Of a DNA stretch of 64,000 bases, positions 1-13,978 are shown piece by piece. Each line of letters begins with the position of its first letter. Position 1 is the first letter of the stretch. The DNA comes from Oikopleura dioica (Eukaryota; Animalia; Chordata). Position numbers and translations under genes: made by a program. The notes under the pieces are model-generated. The model searched no databases. It was given only the letters and a program-made list of their open reading frames with translations, and was not told the origin of the DNA. The stretch spans positions 5,332,001 through 5,396,000 of the forward strand of contig OU015568.1 of the NCBI GenBank assembly GCA_907165135.1, in the 5' to 3' direction.

Positions 1-419
1 AAAATTTTTTGTATTTACAAATTCACTCTTCGTAAGATCTATTTTTTCGTCGGGTTTACGTCGAGTTGACAGAGTTATTTTCGGTTCTTCGTTTTTCATC
101 AAATCGTAGAGCCTTTGAGATTGCACAATTATCATTTTGCATAGTCGGTTTCTTTGGTTTATATTCATTATAAATAGCAATTTTTCGGTAGAAAAAAATT
201 ATTCATAAATTACAAAAAGGGTAAAAATAGAGGGATTGAGGGTAAAAAATTAAATTTATCTACAATCGGGTTTGTCAGCGTTTTAAACTCAAATTTAAAA
301 TTAATTTTGAGTTTTTGGCAAAAGAGATTTTCATAAACAAGCTAAAAAAAAGTATAAAAATTACAGCTTCTGGCGCCTGGAAAATATAAATAAAATCGAA
401 ATGGTTCGTTAATTCCATT

Positions 420-3400
420 TTAGGCAAGGTTTGATAGTGGCGCGATGTGGAATCGAGAGGGAGCGGCTGTTCGGCGCTTCCTTTTCCTGGTTGGGTTGGC
501 GCAAGTGACCAGGGAGGGACACTCGGCGGCTTCGCATACTTTGTATCGGCACTGGAGATTGATCTAAAAAATGGAGTAGATAGGAGGCCAGCATAATCAG
601 GGTCAAATCAAACCTGGGCTCCAGAAAGCTCGCCATGGAATCTGAAACTTTCAAAAAGAAATCGGACTTCGTTGTTTGGCCCTCTCGCAAGAATCTGAAC
701 CGTCTCGTCCAGCAAGCAACCAGCCTCAATCATCGGCCAAATCGCCTGACCAGAGGGAGATGCAAGGTCGACGATTTCGCCAGGACTGGCAACGCAATCG
801 GTCACTTGGAGTTTCTGACCAGAGCTGACAAGGGTGGCGTTTGATTGGACGAACACGTCGACGCCGGTATCCATGACTTTCCCGTCCCAAGTTTCGGTGA
901 AGTCGGAATTGGAGAAGATTTGAAGATCACCAGTTTGGGTTCCTGTGAAGAAGAATCAAGTTTTCTGTAGATTTTACAAGGATCTTACCAGCAATGTTGA
1001 TAAGTCCTCTAAAAGCAGTGAGCTCTGGGTAGAAGTCTCCGTGGAAAACGAATTCGAACTTGGTCGAAACAACGCATTCCAGTTCAACATCGAATTCAGG
1101 GACCACTGGGAAGACAGGAGCTTCTTGATTGATCCAGGTCAGCATTCTGTTCGTGAATGTGACGGTTCCGAGATCTTCATCGACAACTTGCGTGGTTCCG
1201 CAGTCTCCATATCCGATTATCCATTTGTAATGAGTTCCTAAAAGAGGGTCATCATCTTTGAAGAGACGAAAGGGTCTTACCATTGTTTTCCATAGTCGGA
1301 GCGCAGGAACCACCCTTTCCCGCGTTGAAAATCATGTCTTCCTGCTGAAGCCCTCTCAATGAGCAGATAGGGATATCAAGCTCCATTGAGAACTCGCCGC
1401 AGGCAATGGTCGACGCATAATTTCGTTTATAACAGGGCTCTCGGTTTACTCGCGTTTCGATATCTCCAGCAGACATGCCTAGAGCAAAAATTACAAATTG
1501 ATCAATTAAAAAAGTGACATCAATGGTTTTCTATCAATCCTGAATCCCGCTAAATCCCCGAATGTCAATTCTGCGGTCCCTTTATCTTATCTTGCCAGTG
1601 CAGCTAGAGGGGGTGTACTTGAAAACTTTCCACTAAAAACGAGATAAAGACACAATTTTCCCTCATTTCTTTGTTTATCGTTGGGATAAAACTTGTTGAC
1701 CGCAACAACAAAGAGGTTCTGTAGAAATAACTTCACTTATTAGACAATAATAAAAAAAAAAGAAAATGTTACGAATAAAATTTTTTGACAAAATCAATTT
1801 CCATTAATGAAGAGACAATTGATTAACGATTGCTCTTAATCAACAAATTATCCTCAACTTTCATCAAAATTGTCCCTTTTTTTCAAAAAATAGTGCTTAG
1901 CAATTTATTTTCGAAATACAAATAAAAATGATTTATGGTCTAAATTATTTACCAAAAAATATTTCTTGGAAATTTTCGACCAATCACAAGGCTAAATTCC
2001 GCTAACTCGCCAAACAGCAGCTGATCAGCCGCCAAGGCAAAATTTGTCGAAATTTTCAACCAAGATTTTGGTCAAAATTATGGCAAAAAGGCTTTTTCGT
2101 TTGCTCTAGAATCAAGCCTTCCTAAAAAGCAGAATAAACTCGAAGTTTGAGACGTTTCATCAAACTAAACATCCAGCTCTTTAATACCCTTTAATCCCTC
2201 TATAATCAACCATTTTCTAACAAAAAAAAATTGATGCTCCGTTAGACGTTGAATGTTTTTACAATAATCGAATTTTGAATTCCTCGAGGAGCGGTTCCTA
2301 CAGCGGCACGATTCTTTATCAAATCAAACAAAACGAGCAGCGCCCCTTAAATTTTAGTTGTAACCGCGCTCACCTTCGTTAAGATTGATGATGTTGGTGC
2401 AGACATCGTAAGTTTCGTGATTGCAGGCGAGGATTGAAGCTTGGATCTTTGCTTGCTCGGTTGCGCCGTCTCCCTCCATCATGACGATGGTGATGTCTGT
2501 TTCTGGTCGGTTGAAGGTGATCATTTCGGTAGAGTCAAGCAGCTCAGCGGCCATGGAGACGAAGGAAACAGTAGCAGCATCGTGGGCACGATCGTTAGGC
2601 TTAAAAAATACAGTTTATTCAGATGCCCAATAATTTCGGTCACAAAATTTCATTTCCCGAGGGAAAACGATATAACACGAAACGTGAATACAGAAAACCG
2701 CCGCTGAATAGAATTTGACGTGGTGAGGCACTTGAGCGGGGAGTTGAATTCGCCCATTATTTAGAAACAGGAGAACGTGAAAAAAGCATTTTTGTTGACC
2801 ATGACTTGGGCATTAAGAAACAGGTGGATGAACCTCGAGAACCTCGGGCTTACCTCGAGAAAAACGTTGGACATGATGTTGTCCGCGCACTCGTTTGTCA
2901 GGACGTCGAGGTCGTCGATGATGTCGGGGACGGAAGTGAAGTTCCAGTTGGACACTTCGTGTTGGACTCGACCGTTTCCGTAGGAGGCGGCGAAGATTCT
3001 AGCGTCGTAAGTATTTACCTAAAACAAGGGTAAGAAAAACCAATCATAAACATTTTAAAACTAAGCCACTCCTCACCTCAACATTGAAAAAGTCGGCGAT
3101 ATTGGCCATCGTCGCTTTCTGAGCATCATGATATCCTTCGCTAGCGCACGCTGAAATTGTTCCATCCAGCCAGAGCAAAATGTCAAACGGGCACTCTTGG
3201 TTGTCGATGCAGGTTTTTCCATCATCGGCAAGACTGTGGCCGCATGGACAGACGCAGATGGGGAGCATGTCTCCTTTGTCGATACATTCGTGGGAGCAAC
3301 CGCCGTTGTTTGTCAAGCAAGGCGATTCTTGAATTATTAAATTGAATAATTAATTGAAAATAAATAAATTGAAAAATTGAAAAATTTTTTCATTTTTAAA

Positions 3401-6400
3401 ATTTTAATAAAATTAATAAATTGAATAAATAAATTTATTCTTCTTACCAAGATAATCTCTGACACACTCAAATTGTGACTTAGCAAAGTTCCACTTGACC
3501 GGGCTCTGTCCTGGCTTTGTCTTGTCCCATTTTTTCTTCGCAAAGCATCGTTTCTTCTTGTTCGGTTCTGAAATTATCAAAGCGTGAGGAATCGGAATTC
3601 GCAAAGATTTTGATGCATTTTCGGCAACATCGCGTTGAGTCATAACGATGTGCGGCGAGGATGATAATGATGGACTTACACATCAGGTGAAATTATTCCT
3701 GATGTTTTTTCAGGCTTGAACTTTTAGGAAAGATTTTTTTTCAAGAAAGTTCTTTTTTTTTCTTTTGGAAAAACTTTCAGCTGGAACGTGGTCAAAAATG
3801 AACCATTTCTTCTAGTTAGAATATCATTTTCCAACCTGTTAAAGTAACATGATCGCAGGCTTTTATCCTCACAGGAAATCCCGTGGAGCAAAAGTGATCT
3901 CTGAAAGGTCTGAGATCTCAAGTCTAAGGAAAGAAGCCAGAGACTTTTTCAACTTTTTCATCGAAAGTTGAAGGGCTTTGAAATTTGTTCGTCCAATTTG
4001 GCTAAGGAGTTTCGACTCCTCTGCTCGGTCTGGTCCAAATTTTGGATTTTTTTGTCGACAATTCCGAATTTTCCGAGTCGGAAAAATCAGTCGGTTTTGG
4101 AAAAAATAAATGGTGTCTTACCGGCTTAAATATTTTTTGATGAGTATTTTTTTTGAAGATTTTCGTTTGTTTATCAATTTTAAAGTGGACTTTTTTGGCC
4201 AAAAAATGCCGCTTCGGCTAAAAGGGTTAGAAAAAAGATTATTCTTACCAAGGACCCATCCATTTTTGCAGACTCCCATGCAGACTGTTCCGATTTTCCA
4301 ACTGTCGTAGCAGAAAATTTCACCGTTTTCAAGAGGCGGAAGTGGATCACAGGCATATTCGGCGATTGCTGAAAAGAAAATCCGTAAGAATCATAATCGT
4401 TACTTTGTAGCTTAAATTTTATTTTGTGTAAATAAATAAGAAAGACTTATAAAACCAATGATTTGCATTATGTATTTCAAGGACTCAGTCTTACGTAAAG
4501 CGGTTAAGAAGGATGTTTTGATTGAAAATTAGGTGAACAAATTAAGTTTTAGTTTTTTCGTTGTTTTTTTGGCAGAAAAAATCAGCTTTTCAAATTTTTT
4601 TTGAGATTTTTTTTTCGAAAAAAGTCAAATGGACAAAAAAGTTGCCGCATTTTTGACCAAAATTTTGGTCGAATTTCAGCACAATCAGATTTCTGCTTTA
4701 AGGCCCGTAGGCCAATCAGATTTCAGATAATATTTTTGGAAAAAAAATAAGTTTTTTTCGCAAATTTTCATTGACTCGAAAAGCACGATTTTTTGGGAAT
4801 TTTTGAATAAAAAAAGAAAATTTGTAATAGGCAATTTTTAGAGAAGTTAATTTTCACAAAATGTGTACGCTCAAGCCTCTTCTTGCAAAAGATTTCTGCA
4901 GCTCTTAGTAACCGTAATCCAGCTACTCAAGCCTAAGTGAAAAAGCTCACTTTTCCAAGTGCTTGTTTGAAAAAACCTGTGTGTTTAAAAAAACTAACTC
5001 AGAATCCAAAAGTCGAAAAATCTCGAAAAATGAAGATTATGGCGGTTTAGAAACACGTCCCGAGCTTTGGATAATTTTCAAACCTCGGGAATTTTCTTTT
5101 AATCTTAGCTGATTAAATATATGTAGAATTTTTAAGGCTGACGCGGGGTTTTAAGCTTTCTTCGAACAGATTATGTTTTCTACTACTCTTTGCGTTTTTA
5201 TAAGAAAAATTTATCTGGGCGGTAATTTGAAGAAAAAACACCAAAATTGTATTTTTTTGAAAATTTCTCGATACTTCTTTTCATCGTGATACCCATATTT
5301 TGTCCGTATGGGGTTAGGCATAAGTTATTATGATTTTCCCGGATTTTTTCGGGGTTGCGTTTTAAGGGTGTCAACGGCCTACCGCCCGCTCAAAACCTTT
5401 TATTCGGCCAGTAGGCCGTTCACACCCTTAAGACATATCCCTTAAAATCAAGGAAAACCATTATAACTGATGGTAAACCCCTTAATACTTCCCCATTTAT
5501 AAAAGAAAATGAGTTTCCGAGGAGTTTTTTTGGTAGAAAATGACCTCAAAATAACTTTATTATTTTTATCAAAATACTTGACATTAAACTTGACAAAAAA
5601 CTATCTGTAGCCACCCTCTTTTTTGACAATCTAAAAAGAAGCACTCGTTTAATGTCAAAATCAAATCAGTGCATTGTCATTCTTTACTCGTCAAAAACAG
5701 CCGCCTCTCGAATTCACGAGAAAATCAAATTGACCAAAAGACGCGTGAGAAGCCTAATTTGATCATGCTTTCTTGACATAAATCTGAACTCTGATTTTTT
5801 CGCACGTATGCAATTATTTTTCCTGTCAAATAAAGAACCCCTTCAACATGGCGTTTATCAATCTACTTACGTTCTGGAATCTCTGGAGGGTCTCGCTCAA
5901 TTGATCGATCCAAGGTCCGGCAAACCCAGTCGGCTGAACAAAATAACATAATTTTTTATTATTTTTTTTATTCAAAACGAAATTTTTGATTAAAATTTTA
6001 GTTATGGTTTTTCTCAGTTGTTTATAAAAAAAATACAAAGGGATTAATTTGATAAACAAACGGAAAAAAAAGATGAAAGTGAAAAAAGTAAACATTCTTG
6101 TAACAATGCCCGTCCTGCAGATTATCAAGCTGGGAGAGGATTAAAATTAAGATTTCAGGTTTTTCCTTGGATCTTAAATGCTTAGCGTACAGACAAGAAA
6201 ACTTGATTTTAATTGACTTGATCTTTTTTCATAAGATTTTTGACTGAGATTATCGAAAAAACTTTGATTTAATTTTGGCTCGAAAACCGGAGTAGAAAAC
6301 CTATGTCAGGTTTTGGAAAGCCTTAATTTCAACCAATTCGATTTGGGCTCTTCGGAACCTGACTCAGGTTTTTAACACAGGTTTTCGAGTCAAAAATTTT

Positions 6401-6778
6401 AATCGAGAAAAATAGCATGACTTTGCAAAATTGAGTAATTGAGCAATAATTCTCAAAAAAGAGCGGTTTTTGAACAACTTTGTCAAATTATTCAAAACGA
6501 GTTTTTACAATAAATAAGTTTTTGCTTGACCTAACGACAACGCTCTATCTTAGCTCTCCATTTCTGAAGAGCGTTTACGTGAACAATTTCAAATTTTCAT
6601 TCTTACCGGCATTGAGGATGTTTCCATTTGACAGAGTACAGTTAACTTCATCGGGAAAGATGTCTGTGAAGTCAGTCAAGGTTCGGCTTTGGGCGTCAAG
6701 AGGATTATAGTCTGATGAATGGGAGGCCTCTTGAGCTTTTGCAGTCAGAAACAGGATTTGTGATAGAAACAGTTTCAT
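420..6778 (-). CDS. Multi-exon secreted ZP-domain protein (signal peptide - sushi/CCP - EGF - vWA-like - ZP-N/ZP-C - furin site)
   Basis: Start MKLFLSQILFLTAKAQ at 6778. Sushi exon ~4250-4370 (CDPLPPLENGEIFCYDSWKIGTVCMGVCKNGW). EGF at 3316-3200 (GGCSHEC...CVCPCGHSLADDGKTC) followed by vWA-like DILLWLDG. ZP-N (CGTTQVVDEDLGTVTFTN...ELECVV) and ZP-C (DCVASP...MIEAGC...RFLFESFRF|INLQCRYKVCEAAEC) are joined by frame-consistent GT-AG introns, followed by RKRKRR. The 3' end and middle exons are uncertain. Confidence 0.8.
5366..5427. mobile_element. Short TTAA-flanked MITE, GGGTGTCA terminus family (other copies 16660-16796, 41910-41973, 63273-63412)
   Basis: TTAA|GGGTGTCA...TCACACCC|TTAA; the same termini recur at the listed loci, some with a degenerate TTAA. 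Confidence 0.75.
6278..6392. mobile_element. Palindromic MITE family B (CTCGAAAACC...CCTGAGTCAGG arms)
   Basis: Inverted arms GGCTCGAAAACC...GGTTTTCGAGTC with an internal CCTGACTCAGG; similar to other family B copies. Confidence 0.65.
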
Positions 6779-7714
6779 ATTCTGAACGAAAATTTAAATT
6801 TTGAGAAAAAAAAGTTTAAATTTTATATTTTCCGAAAATTCGGAAAGATCTTCTTGTTTTCCCAAATTTCGGATTTAACGATAAGAAATTAATTATATTT
6901 TTTTCACAAACAATTTATTTTTTTTTCTATTTATTTTTCATAAAATATAGAATTTGAATTTTAGAAAAATTTTATTTATTGAAAATTTTATTTTTAAATG
7001 TATTTCTCAGTAAAGCTAATTCTTTAAAATATTTCATACAGTAAGAATACTGAATTTGCTTTGTACCTGTTCTGTTTTCCTATCCGCGTTCTTGTACAAT
7101 TCTTAGTCGACTCTCTTTTTCGTATTCGTATTTTTAAAAAAAGGAAATATTCAAAGCACCAACAAAACAAAAAAGAATAATTACAAGGTTTGTTTTTGAA
7201 TCAAAACGAATTTACAAAAGATAGAGAAAAAACTCGACAAGTAGTGATATGGTCGACCAAAACTTCTGAAAGCTTTTAAATGAGCCAAGAAAACGCCATC
7301 GAGCGAACGCAAATCGCCGCTTGCGCGAGATTGCGCGAGGGGGTAAGAGCGCCGCCGCGAGTTTTCACGATGCACGCGCGCGAAAAGACTGGCGCCCGAG
7401 CACTTTGGCGAGCAATCTTTCTGTTTTGCTGTATGCAGTGAACTATACAAAAAATATTACCTAGTTGTAGTTTTGGGCGTAAATAAAAGATGATGTACCA
7501 AACATCGCGGAACTTGAAGATCATCAGGATCAGTCGTAAATGTCACGAAAGCTGTGTTTTGTATCACAGGAAGATGAGACAAGAAATAAACCCGGTAAAA
7601 ATGAAGTTCAATTACAATCAAAAATATTCACAAAAAATAAGGGAGTCTTATTTGAACTGTTCAAATAGGGACCCCCCAATCCTTTTGATCGTTTAAATTT
7701 GAAGGCGACAGAAA

Positions 7715-7918
7715 GGGGTGGTGGCAGGAACCGACAAAAAATTTCGACAAATTTTGCGTGGGCGGCTACTTGGCTACCGATTGACCGGTAAACCGAATCA
7801 AGGCTTCTGATTGGTTTTCAGCGAATCAAAGGCCTGGATTCAGCTTATCGGTAGCCGAGTAGCAGCCAACTCAGAATTTGTCGGAACTTTTTATTTGTCG
7901 GTTTCTGAAGCGACCCCC
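7715..7918. mobile_element. Palindromic MITE family A (CCAAT-rich; CCGACAAAAAATTTCGACAAATTTTGCG arms)
   Basis: Inverted arms; related copies at ~1970-2062, 10850-11000, 18608-18757, 50508-50662 and 59147-59297. Confidence 0.75.
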
Positions 7919-10849
7919 TAAAAATGGTAAGACTTCAGATAAGTCTATTGGAGTCGTACTATTTTTACAAACTGATATTAGAAATTATCCGATTCTTTTT
8001 GTCGATTAATGCGAACCTAATTCAATAAGGGCCAAGAATAAAGTTTGCGTTCTTGATCCTCGAAAGGATCTGTCAAAATAAAAACCTTCGCCGAGGACGG
8101 TCCGCTTTCCCCACAACTGACTCTCCATTCTCAGATCAAATAAGACACGTAATAACCGATTTGATTATCAAGCAGATTATTATCTTATTCCAAATCGAAC
8201 TCAAATTTATTCATAGATTTTTAACTTTTTATATAATTTAATTATTTGGTTCGAAAATGCGACCCAAAAGCTCTGAAAAGGATGAAAAAAGAGTCAAGTG
8301 AGGTTAAAACAACCCCTTAGATAATGTTTCCAATCTTTTAACTACGTGAACATCTATTCAAATTAAATTACTAAAAACAACGACCGAAGATCGCGACCGA
8401 AGATCAAAGGTTGGATACCAAACACGAGAACAAGATGATCATTTTTTTTCTTCTGTCAATATTTCGTAAAAATGAAAAATTTGATATTTATTGGTTTCTT
8501 TCCATTTCCAAGGGCTAGAAGCAGATTTGGGGATCGGAGAGTTACATATTTCCGGATTACAGCTATCTTTTCAGTTGTTCAGGTGAACTCCAGGGCTCCA
8601 GCAAAGTGTTATCTTTTTTTGGGGAGTCAGACGATTATAATAACTCTTAAAGATTGAATAATTTGCTAAATTAATCAAACAAACTTAGGTACATTCGTAT
8701 TCTAGAGTAAAATCTAGAGTGCAAATTGCATTTTGATTTCATTTATTGCATTTTGTCGAAAATTCTTAAAATTATAGACTCGAATTCTTGCTCTCAGAAA
8801 ATTCGAAATTTCGATCCCTTTTCTACCATAATTCGATTTTTTCAACCTCAAGAAATAAAATAAAAGCTTATTCTAGCGCCTCGATAATATTCAATCAAAA
8901 CTAAACCGGCAAGAAAGATGAAACCGTTCGAGGATGATTATGTCCATTTTTCTGACTTTTTGAACGATGAATTACAGTATTGAATTAATTAAGACTGACA
9001 TAAAGAATAACTTAGAACATCAAAATTGGGTGAACATACCAAAAATGAACTTCATGTTGAAAAGCCGTTATCAAATCAAAGCCGCGGATCGAACTCGTGA
9101 GAACTTTCGGCTGCACGGCTCTGTAATTACATCGTTTTTATAGATTCGCCGCCAATCGAATTTTTTAAGAGGTGATGGATCAAGATATTATAGATTTCGC
9201 CCAGTTTCTCGGCAGCAAGATTAGGCTGAGATTAAGGGGGTAGCACCGGGATTGACCGAATTTTATATTTTTACGAATACGGATTATGATTGCTTAAAAA
9301 GTCACGTGAACAACTTCATATATAATTTTTGAGCCAAAAAAAACGTGGACGTCAAAATCCAAAGTGGATAATTGCCAATTAAAATCTTGAGTAACCGTTT
9401 ATTCCTCCAACCAGTCTGGCAAAAATCATAACCCGGCTTTGAAATCTTAATTACCGCACTTATTCAGTACACAAGCCGAAATTAAGAGGTAGGTTTATGA
9501 GTCATGACGTAGCCTTTTTTATTAAAAAGAATTGCTGTTATTGTCCAGCTCAGTTTTTGAACTTGGCCAGATTCAAAGCGATTTTTCAATAACATGAAAT
9601 CTTCCTAAGGAATCCTAGTTCCTCTCCCGCTCGCGAAAATTGCGAAAGTCAGTGGTTTCTATAAATATCCTACCTGTGTATCACATTTTCATCAATGTCA
9701 TAATCCGGTAGTCGGGGGATAGATTGGCTAAAATCCGTTCATGGTACTTCTTACTCCTCTTCCAGATCTCACAAGATTGCGCTTCTTATCACGCCGCTTT
9801 ACAAAATATTCCTCTTGTAATTTTCTAAGCAACTAAACGAGGGCCAATAAACCTCAGGTCAAAGAGGGAATAAATCAAAAAACAAAAGTGAAGGATGGTG
9901 CGAGGGTCATGAATTCGCACTTTTGATTATGACGAGAGCTGACAAAAACGTCACGAGATAAAGGCGATAACGAATTTAAGAACCAGTGTTTTATGTCTTT
10001 TTTTTGATGACATTTGTGGTCATCTAACATCCGACTCATGAATCTTATGAAATTAATGAAAAAAAATTTCTAAAATTTTTTTCCTGAAAAACTATTTTTC
10101 TCTGACTAATTTTTTGATAATCAATTAAAGATTGACTTCATAGAACATGTCATCTAAAAGGTTATTTTAGAAACAGTACTGACTTTCCGAGCATTAACAC
10201 TGGCAATTTTTTTCTCGACCGTAACAACAAAATTTTTGATCGTCGCTTATGAAACAAATCCTCTTTATTCTCAACAATTGCCGTTGCACTTAACCCCTCG
10301 TCAGTCATAATCCGCAATCGACGCGTAAGTTGCTAATTTTTGCTCAAATCAATTTCGCCCCAAATAAGTGCAGAATCTTGGTAACCAAAACAGCGACAAA
10401 AAGCCGGGGATTTGTAAATTTTGACATGATCTTGTGGAAAAACCAAAAACATGATCTCTTACGTTTTCTTCCCCGAAATTCATTTTTTTTACATTTCGAT
10501 TGAGAAATGTCCATTCAAAGCTGAAATTCTTAATTTTTTAAAATTGAGAAGCTCGTTTTTAGAATAAAGGCCCTTTATTAAGAAAATTGTTCAGAAAGGT
10601 TCAAGAAATTAGAAAATGCATTCCAGAGCGCGTTGAGGGTGTTCAATCGAATATTTGACTAATGGGACAGCTAAGAGAAATTATGTTCGAGAAGAGGGAA
10701 TTTTATAAGTTTGTTTTTAACTTGAATCTTTGATGTAACGAGCTGTGTTCTTGATCAAAGTTATCTTCGCAAATGCCAAGAACTTGATTCTGATCGCGAA
10801 GAATCAAATGAGTTCAAAATCATGTTTTTCGCGATGAATTACCGAGGAG

Positions 10850-11000
10850 GTGTCAGGAACCAAGGAAATAATCCCGGCAAATCTTGCGTGGAATTTTTTA
10901 ACCAATCAGAAGCCGACATTCGGCTTACCGGTCAATCAGCAGCCGAGTAGCCATCCACGCAAAATTTTCTGTGATTTTTTGCCGAATCGTGACACAACCC
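10850..11000. mobile_element. MITE family A copy
   Basis: GTGTCAGGAACC...CCAATCAG...GTGACAC, similar to 7715-7918 and 59147-59297. Confidence 0.7.
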
Positions 11001-11002
11001 CG

Positions 11003-11172
11003 AGTTACCTGTGTAGAAACCCTGAGTCAGGTTCTGAAGAGCTTAAATAAAAAGCCGCGTAGCGGTTTCTCCAGTAGAAAAACAAAGAATTTTTTGATGA
11101 TACCTCGAAGACGCGGCTTTTTATTCAAGTTCTTCAGAACCAGACTCAGGTTTACTGCACAGGTTTTCGAGG
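11003..11172. mobile_element. MITE family B copy (another at ~11730-11895)
   Basis: ACCTGTGTAGAAACCCTGAGTCAGG...AAGCCGCGTAGCGG...CCAGACTCAGG...CACAGGTTTTCGAG fold-back. Confidence 0.7.
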
Positions 11173-13380
11173 TAAATTGAGATCTTCTTTTTGGGATGGA
11201 ATAGTTGATTCATAATTCTACTGTAGTTAATTTATTATACGTCGTTTACGTGTGAGCGACATTTGGTGAAACCGCCGGTAATAATCTGTCTCAATAATTG
11301 GTCGTGGTGAATGAAGGAAAATGTTGAAAAAAGATTTCTTCAATTGCGACTTAAAAGGTGAACTTTAAGGAATGATTCCTCAAAATTTTAATTCTGGTTC
11401 TGAATAATTTGAAGAGGGATTTTCACTCCAGTAGCTCACCTTAATCAGACGGATTTGCGATCTTGGACAGGGGATTAAGGCGAGCGTAAAAGTTGCACAA
11501 AAGTGCTTTAATAGGAACTCCATATCTCCGGGGCCTAAGCATCCTCCGTGCGAGATCCGAAAAGCGCAATCGGTCAATGTCGCATTTTTATCAAGCCGAT
11601 TTCCTAGAGCAAGAAAAGAAAGCTTAAAAAATAAAGCATTCAGAGCATTTTCTTTTAGACTAAACAAGATTTTTGAACGAGAATGGATAGAAAATGAGCA
11701 AAAAAGCTGTAACCATGGTTTTCTCTTTCCTGAGTCAGGAATCTAAAAAAGCTTGAATGAAAGCCGCTAAGCGGCTTTTCTAGTAGCGAAGCCGCAAAGC
11801 CCCTTTATTATTTTCAACATTTGGCAGAGCATTTTTGCGGCTTCGTTCCTAGAAAGCTTGAACTCGGCTTTTTTCAGAACCCTGACTCAGGATTTCTTTT
11901 TCGGCTGCCAAGCCCATCCCCTTTTAGAAACTGTCGAATCAGAATGGGATGAGGTCAAATAACCTCAAAAGGAGCTCTTTATCAGCATATTTCTCTTGTT
12001 TTTATACTAGGGAGAGGTGAAAAACCGAGATATAAGTAATATCATACTACCGCAAACAAGAGCGATATAGAAACATTTTTACAACTCGTTGCGAAAATTT
12101 TTCGACGATATTTTTCCACTTAGACCACGTTTTGAAAATTTTAAAAGCTCGTAAACTACATTTTATCTTTTCCACGATTTCCGAGCCTGGGCCATCCATT
12201 AGCTGGGTTTTTGACCGAACATGAGCGGCTCATTTTTTCTTATCTGCCTCGTTTCTTCATGATCTTTACCTGGCAAACGAGAATCTTTTGATTTTTTTGC
12301 AACGTTATTGATAAGAAACCTTTTTCCAAAGATTGCATGAAATGACTCTTTTTTCGACCACGTTTTTTTCGCTTTTTATTCTCCTTACTGAAGCGTAATT
12401 TTTCAAATCCGCATCTTCTTCATATAACATTATTGCCTATCTTATCGAAATTCATTTTCAATTACTTTTTCACTGTAGAACAGGGGCATTTAGGAACTAA
12501 GATAAGATTGCGGCTGTGTTTTCGAATTTGTAGCAAAACAGTCCTTGAATAATTGAAACCAATTTACCCAAAAACAATGAAGACCCGCGGTTTGATGAGG
12601 TCCAACTGCGTTCAATTTCTTTCATCTGATATGAATTTATATTCATAACAGCATTTATTCTAGCAGTGGTGCTAATTCAATCAATGAAGATTCAAGGGAA
12701 AAAGCTGGGTAAAGGAAAATAACGTGGGGTGAGCTTTTCCGATGGGATTTCTTGCAGCATCCAATTTTTTTCTTTTCAGAGTTTTGATAAGATAACGACG
12801 CAATCTTTCCCAGAAAATTTTTGAAGAAACACTTTCTCGAAAATTCTTTTGTTAATGAGTTTTCGTCATGACAAAGAACTTCATGTTCAATTTGAGGACT
12901 TGACCTCAAAACTTATCTTTTCTTGGCAACACCGCAATTTCAAGTGACGTTTCCAACTCAGTTTCCCATTTTAGAGCTCAAAATTTTAGAACCTTGACAT
13001 TCAAAAAAACGTGAGTTCGATGTTCAATAATCTCAAAGTCAAAAAGATGACACGACAAAAGAATTTCCCGAAAAAATGATGAATATCAATTTTGGTTCTC
13101 TCATGGTTGCATCACTGATGCACCATAAATTATAGTCCATAATTTTTAAGTCTACAGACTATTGGTAAGACAGTCTCCATATTTCGTTGTTTTGAGCATC
13201 AAAAAATTTGTACTATTTCGTCGTGAGCGTTTTTTTCTTCTCTTCTCTCAAAGTTGAGTAAGAAAAATTTCAAGATGATGGCTTGAGTTGTTGACAAAAC
13301 AAGAGAAGATCAACAGAGTCAGAATAAGCATGGGACGTTGTTTTATTTTCATCAAGTTTCAGGGTCTAGCGAAACATAAC

Positions 13381-13978
13381 TCAGACGACCTGTTCGTAAT
13401 AAGCTCCCATCTGGCCTTTGGAGCACTCGTGACAGAAGAAATTTGTCATGCAGCTCAAACACCAGTCGTTTTGTCCTCTGTCAATATCGAATCGTGCGCG
13501 GGCTCGGGCCTGAAATTAAAAGTAAAAGGATACAAAAAGAAATCGTAAAAAAACTAACTAAGAGGCATCGATACCAAATAAGAATCTTCAGCGTGACAAC
13601 AAAAATGCACAAAACAAGCAAGCCGTACTCATCAGGAGAAACACCATTTTCATCAATGTACGAGTTCCAGAATCGTACACCCATGAAGATGAACGAAACT
13701 TAGAAAGATTTTTTATAATTCTGAAGAAAGATTATCTTGGAGAATACATACCCGCAAGAGGAATACGGAGAGAAAACAGGTATCGCTTCGCTAACTCTGG
13801 TCTCCCTTGAAACTTGTAGATTTTTTGCTCAGCTATCGAAGAGGGCATCTTAAAAAGATAGTTTTTTCGTTCAAAGATTGGAACATACAAAGAACCATTT
13901 CCAGTAGCCCTCATTGAAGTCCAAAAGTCCTTTCTCTTTGGGTTGGTCAATCAGAGGAACATCATCAGGAGACTCCAT
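13381..13978 (-). CDS. PLAC8/cornifelin-like Cys-rich membrane protein (4 exons; 3' end uncertain)
   Basis: Spliced via short GT-AG introns: MESPDDVPL...WKWFF|MPSSIAEQ...|VSFIFMGVRFW...LLVLCIFVVTLKILIWYRCLL|ARARARFDIDRGQNDWCLSCMTNFFCHECSKGQM, which matches the PLAC8 C-terminal R..F.I...DWC..F.C..C..Q pattern. Confidence 0.55.

Noticed and set aside
8918-10400. Possible plus-strand multi-exon gene (MKPFEDDYVHFSDFLNDEL…)
   Set aside because: Some exon-like segments exist, but no consistent frame or domain could be assembled.
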